NCBI GenBank assembly: GCA_965112155.1
Contig: OZ218102.1
Reading direction: 5' to 3' (one strand)
Length of the DNA stretch: 64,000 nt
Origin: Podarcis liolepis
Lineage: Eukaryota
This document shows positions 58,361 to 64,000 of this stretch, one piece after another. A program made the translations under genes and the position numbers. The notes below the pieces were generated by a model, which searched no databases, was not told the origin of the DNA, and was given only the letters and a program-made list of their open reading frames with translations. Position 1 is the stretch's first letter, and each line of letters opens with the position of its first letter.

Positions 58361-59896
58361 ACAGTTCACCATCAGGCAAAGTTTCCATTCCTTTCTTAGA
58401 AGTTTGCCTAATTAAGGGCTAAGATTTTGGCAGCTGGACAGAAAAATGTTTGAGATTATAGGAGGATTTTATAACAGATTTTAAGATTAGTTTAAGATAA
58501 TTCTTTAGCTGCTTACTCTAAACATTTGGAATCAACTATACGTTATTTTAACAAACTGCAGTTATTTCATTTCAGACCTAATACTCAGAGTTAACTCTAC
58601 TTGCCTTAACAGCTGTCAAGTTCTTTCCAAGTGTTTAGTCAAAAAGGGAATCTGATTCAAAGTGCTTCTAACTGTAAAAAAAATCCTTTGGTTTCAAAAG
58701 GCACACTTGTTCTTTGTCAAACATTTCTACCTGGAACCAAAAGACCTATTACTTTTTCTTCAAGAGACAGATCTCTGTGTTTTATCTTCTTAATTTCAAA
58801 AATGGCTTGCTTGGTGCAGAACATGAGGCAAAAGTCTTACTGGTAATTACATTTGTATAAATAATAATTTCATTTGTATAAATGACTTATATGGCATGGT
58901 ACTTTATCTTCATTTGCTACCACCTTTTAGAAGGGAGTATAATTGCTCTCATTTTACAGATGGAAAATCCCAAGTTTTGCCACCCAATGACTGGGAAGGG
59001 GATAACAAATTTTCAAGGCCAACGATTCATTTACCATAGCACATTCATTTTTCAAATTAGATTCCTTAAAATAATTAACAACCTACAGGTTATTATAGTA
59101 TTGCTATGGCTACAAAAGCAAATAGTCTGCTCATTAGTCACGACGATAAATGTATCAAATCATCACAAGTAGTGTTTGGTAATCAGCAGCCCACCTACAT
59201 AGTGTTAAAAGGTGAGTGCTATACATTGTATTATGCTATTCTGCTAATTGCTTTGATATTTGTTCCATTTTTTGCAGTAGTACTATATTGTCCAATCTCT
59301 TTTACTCTATATACTATATCTGCACTAGACTGTCAACATCCTGTGAACTCGGCAGACTACATTGACAGCAGATTGACCAGTAGATATGAAGCTCAAATAA
59401 AGGTGTGCACCAGATGGGCATTGCTGCCATGTGAGATTCACTGCATGAGTAGGTGAAGGAAGGCGAGGGATCCAAATGCTCACTATTACCAAGGGCACAG
59501 CAAATGCAGGTGATGCTTCTGTTTTAGCCAACTCCAGCTAGCACTCTGTTCTCTGCTCAGATTCAAACTGCAATTGTTTCTCTGCTCTCATACTAGCTGA
59601 AGGGTACTACCATCTAGAGATGAAAGACATTCAGAACCAACAAGGAATACTGATTTAGAAAATTATTTTTGTCAAGCCACCCATTGCCGGATGATTTGTT
59701 CATTGACATTAACTTAGAAAAAACTAAGTAGATGTGACTACTACCAGTATTTTTACTGATATTTTAAACTAAATAATTGTTCAAGCTTTTCTGTTGACAT
59801 TTCATCTGTTTCTGGGAATTCTTTCTTCCTTTTTGGAAAAACTACCCATTATAAAATAGATGGGGCTGAGGCAAGAAAGTAGTAGCCTTATACAGA

Positions 59897-59931
<35 letters not shown>
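59897..59931. repeat. (ATCT)n microsatellite
   Basis: Seen directly. Confidence 0.95.
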
Positions 59932-59933
<2 letters not shown>

Positions 59934-60005
59934 ATAAATGAATTTTTAAAATGATACGTTGCCTGTGACTAATTTATCATCAGTTTCAGCCTCTTGTTTC
60001 AGCCC

Positions 60006-60425
60006 CTTTAAAGCCCTATAAAGCCTGGGACCCTCGTACCTACGGGACTGCCTCTCCTGGTATGTCCCACAGAGGAACGTACGGTCTTCAAACAAAAACA
60101 TATTGGAGGTCCCGGACCACAGAGAGGTTAGGTTGGCCTCAACCAGAGCCAGGGCTTTTTCGGCTGTGGCTCCGATCTGGTGGAACGCTCTGTCACAAGA
60201 GACTAGGGCCCTGAGGGACTTGACATCTTTCCACAGGGCCTGCAAGACAGAGCTGTTCCACCAGGCCTTTGGCCAAGGCACAGCCTGACCCCCTCCTTTG
60301 GTAATTCTTCACAGAACTCTAGCCCAATGGTTGCCATCAGTTTGATTTGAACTGATTTTACAATGAATTGATTTTATAATGCATTTTAAGTTAGCTGAGC
60401 CCGGCTTTGGCTGGGGAGGGTGGGA

Positions 60426-60470
<45 letters not shown>
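60006..60470 (+). mobile_element. L2-clade LINE 3' end with (TTA)n tail
   Basis: LGPSYLRDCLSWYVPQR...RARAFSAVAPIWWNAL...SFHRACKTELFHQAFG, then 3'UTR and (TTA)n at 60427-60470. Confidence 0.88.
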
Positions 60471-61928
60471 CCTAAACTGTTTGCATTTCTGGCAAGGTCC
60501 CTTGGGTTTGCACATACAAACTATTTCTAGTACAGTTCTGCCCTATGCAAGATGAAAGCTGAATTGTGCTACACGGCTCAATAATTTATCAACGCTAAGA
60601 GCACATAGCACTAGTTGCCTCAAAAAAATGGCACACTCAACTAATGTATTTACCTGTTCCTGCCTGCAGTAGCCAATTAAGGACAGTGGAGGAATGCATA
60701 TAGTAAGTGTTTTCAGGACATTGGAAAAGTTGTGATAGATATGGAAGGAGAGGAGGGAACTCAACATGAAATATATAAACAAAAGGAGGTGGGTTCTGGT
60801 CAAAAGTAACACAAATTTACAAAGCTATTCAGTTTTATTATCTTTCACAATTTTAAAAAACAGAAATTTTCAATATTAACACAATATATACATCAAAAGA
60901 ATGCAAGAAGAAAAGAACAAATTCTACACAAACTCAAGATAAGTAGAGAATGTAAAGTAAAAGCAAGGAAAGAATCATGAGATGCTCAAATGCTAATTAA
61001 CCTGTGTAACAATTGTGTTTCAGACAGGGGTGTGGAGGAGGGTGGGATCCAGTTTTCAATCCAGACTCTCATCTTCAGGCTACACTTGGTTAATGAGACT
61101 TTTTTCCACTATAAATTTTCTGTAGCAGAAGAGACATCCTTATCAGCTTGCAGCAACTTTTGCTCCTTTAATCTATCACTGGTCATTATTCACAAGTAGA
61201 GCCAAAAGTTCAGAAATTATCCTTCCCAGGAACTCCATTAGCTTCAAAATAGCATGGTTATAGAAGTTACACGCAAGTTTGTTCAGTGAGATAACTGCAA
61301 GCTGTTCACCTTTCCTTGAATGCAAAACAGACCTCTTCATCATTTTAAGTTAGCTGAGCCGGCATGAACAATAACTTGATTATGTAACTGAATATTCCAT
61401 TCTTGCAACCACAAGCATTCTCCTGAGACATTCTGTAAGTTGTTAAAGTCACTGGACTTCTCGCCAAACAATGACAATTCTTACAGTTCATCAGCTCAAC
61501 TAAGTATATGACTTAGATGAGATTCATTTAACTCTTCCAGAAATTGTATTAAACTACATAAATTTGTAGAGAAAACAGCCTTTACTTTAGTTAAATTAAT
61601 GCACACCTTCCCAATCCAAAACAAAAATGAGCATCTGTAACTGATACAAGATCACTCTCAGGAAAACCAAAGGGGAAAAAAATCTAATTCCCATTACAGG
61701 AGCCTTTGAACATCATTAGCAAGAGGTAGGAAGGGGGAAAGTGTGAAAGTTCCTATATGGTGGGGGACGGGGGGGGGCATGGGGACAGACAACCAAAATG
61801 TTTCTACAGTGTTACTATTTCAAACAAGGATTGGATAAAAACATTATAGAAGACGGGGCTGATGCTATTCCTCCTGTTGTTTTTTAGAGGTAGAAGATCA
61901 AAAAGTTTTTATATCTGACCCATATATA

Positions 61929-62087
61929 CAGTGCTTTTTTCTGGGGGGATGCAGGGGGACGCATACCCCTAAACATTTGTGAATCTTTGTACTTTTGTCC
62001 ATTTACTCTATTTAATTTTTCCCGATTTGAACTATAAAATGGTGATTTTCTTTGAGTCAAAATGAGAGTACGCACTGTGTGTGTGTG
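61929..62087. mobile_element. Possible internally deleted MITE
   Basis: CAGTGC...GCACTG ends; followed by (TG)n. Confidence 0.4.
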
Positions 62088-63769
62088 TGTGTGTGTGTGT
62101 ATAAAACAAGACATCAGAAAACAGAATTTTTGTCCTACAAAGATTGGTGCAACTGCTTATGCTAATTCACCACCAAAACATGCTTCTGTCCTAAGTATGA
62201 TATGTAATTTCTCAATTTTCAAGGTATTAAACTGGGGTAGCTAACAAAGGCTCCTCAATAGATTTGTACCTATCATATTTTTGTTCTTTTGAAAAAGTTT
62301 TTAGAATCTGAGGGTTCCCCACCCCCAAGAAAAAATGTTCCTATGCATGCCCTGCTGTGGTGTCCAAAGTTTTTTATGGTTCCTCCAAGCTTCCCAAATT
62401 TGTGTGTTTATTTTTGCCATACTCATTTTTACATTTCATCCCACCCACCACTGATGGTTCAACATGGGGCAATGTGGCTCTCAGATAGAAAAAAATTAAC
62501 CATCCCTGTATTAAAGCAACCCATAAGACTGTCCAAAGGAGGAATAAACAGGCATCTTTACTATACTGTAACACAGCACAACACATCATAGAAAATCAAT
62601 TCTTCTCAATATTTGAAGTTCTTTTATTTTAAGAGACGGTAAGATGGTCTGCTACATGACCACTAAATTCTACATTTTCAGTTTCTGGGATAGGCCTCTT
62701 AAGAAGGCAGGAATGCTGGGGCTCCCGCAACAACCAGCAGATCTGCCAGAAGTATAGCAGCGTCTACATGTATATACTCTGTATATATGGGTCAGACATA
62801 TACTCGGTGCTCAGAAGCAGAACCCAGCACAAAGAGGGCAAAAGGGAAAGTGCTGGAGTCATGATAGGGAACTTAGCAGAACTGAATGGTGAAATAATAA
62901 TCTTGATTCGTTTCAGTGGAAGTAGTAATGGAAATGCGGTCTGAAGTGTTTTACAATGGTTTAAATAAAGCCTTTCTAAACAAAATAAAATGCATGGCTA
63001 TTTCCACTCCAGATGAATTGCATTCCAAACCTAATTTCAAGTTTTTGTATTTGCACACTAACCTCAGTGCTAACATTGTGTGGGTGGGATGAATCCTATT
63101 CATTCACACATTCCTAAGGAACCTGACAATGTTGGTGATAACATTCTATTTCCAGAAGAGTGGCTGAGAGAACAGATCAACAGTTCAAGACTAAGCCACG
63201 TGTGCAGCTATTTGCCGGGGCTTTTCTCAGGATACGATTCCATTTACATAGCGGGATAGTTTGAGAATGTGAATGCACATTCAAGCTGATGACCTCCAAT
63301 AATCTATTTTTAGATATTAAATGCCCACTTGATTTCCAACAACTAAGCAGATTAGCATAACAGCACAAATTGTCTCTTGACACAGTACAATTTGCCCAAA
63401 ATGCCAAATAATATAGATCCTGGTCTTAATCTGAATGCAAATTAGAAAAATCTGTTCAAACAGGACAGCAATTTGTATATTATTATCTCTGCTTATGCTC
63501 AAGTGTGCCACATATATATTACAATTTTAAATATATAAAAAGCTTCATGTTCATTATCTTATTACGGAGTTTACAATGACCCTGCAAGAAAGAGGTGGAG
63601 AACCTGTGGTCTTTCCAGATGTCCTTGGATTCCAACTCTTTCCCACCTTCTAAACAACAACAACACTGAAAGCATGACCCAAAGGCATGGCCTCAATATC
63701 CCCTTGCATCATTGCAGAGACAACAGGACTTGATGTGATTCACACAGCAAATTGGGTGGATTCAAAGTA

Positions 63770-64000
63770 CAGTGGTACCTTGGGTTACATACATTTCAGG
63801 TTACATACGCTTCAGGTTACAGACTCCGCTAACCCAGAAATAGTACCTTGGGTTAAGAACTTTGCTTCAGGATGAGAACAGAAATCGTGCAGCGGCGGTG
63901 CGGCGGTGGCAGCAGGCCCCATTAGCTAAAGTGCTGCTTCAGGTTAAGAACAGTTTCAGGTTAAGTACAGACCTCCGGAACGAATTAAGTACTTAACCTG
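63770..64000. mobile_element. Tigger/pogo-like MITE, runs off the window end
   Basis: TA+CAGTGGTACCTTGGGTTAC; its right part is the reverse complement of the left part of 31529-31769. Confidence 0.88.

Larger units (their letters stand above)
19146..64000 (-). other. ADD3: Presumed ADD3 first intron (5'UTR intron); promoter and first exon not seen in the window
   Basis: No further coding exons or CpG island recognised; vertebrate ADD3 has a non-coding first exon and a long first intron. Confidence 0.7.

Overview
This is eukaryotic, AT-rich, CpG-depleted vertebrate DNA. The repeat families (Sauria SINEs, BovB, squamate-type CR1/L2 LINEs, hAT and Tc1/mariner MITEs) point to a squamate, most likely a lacertid lizard. 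The whole window appears to lie inside one minus-strand gene, ADD3 (gamma-adducin). I traced 13 coding exons (human numbering 2-14) by hand from the ATG at 19119 down to 650. All have GT-AG boundaries and consistent phases, totalling 1828 coding nt. The last exon (MARCKS-like tail) lies left of the window. Positions 19146-64000 look like the long first intron, with no promoter CpG island visible. Almost every other ORF in the supplied track is spurious or transposon-derived. I found no convincing undescribed biological system. The best leads are splicing-related: a QKI/RBFOX motif cluster upstream of cassette exon 14, a candidate stop-containing 41-nt exon in intron 13, and candidate small 5'UTR exons in intron 1. 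There are also several transposon oddities. Comparisons to human ADD3 and to repeat consensuses are from memory, not from database searches.
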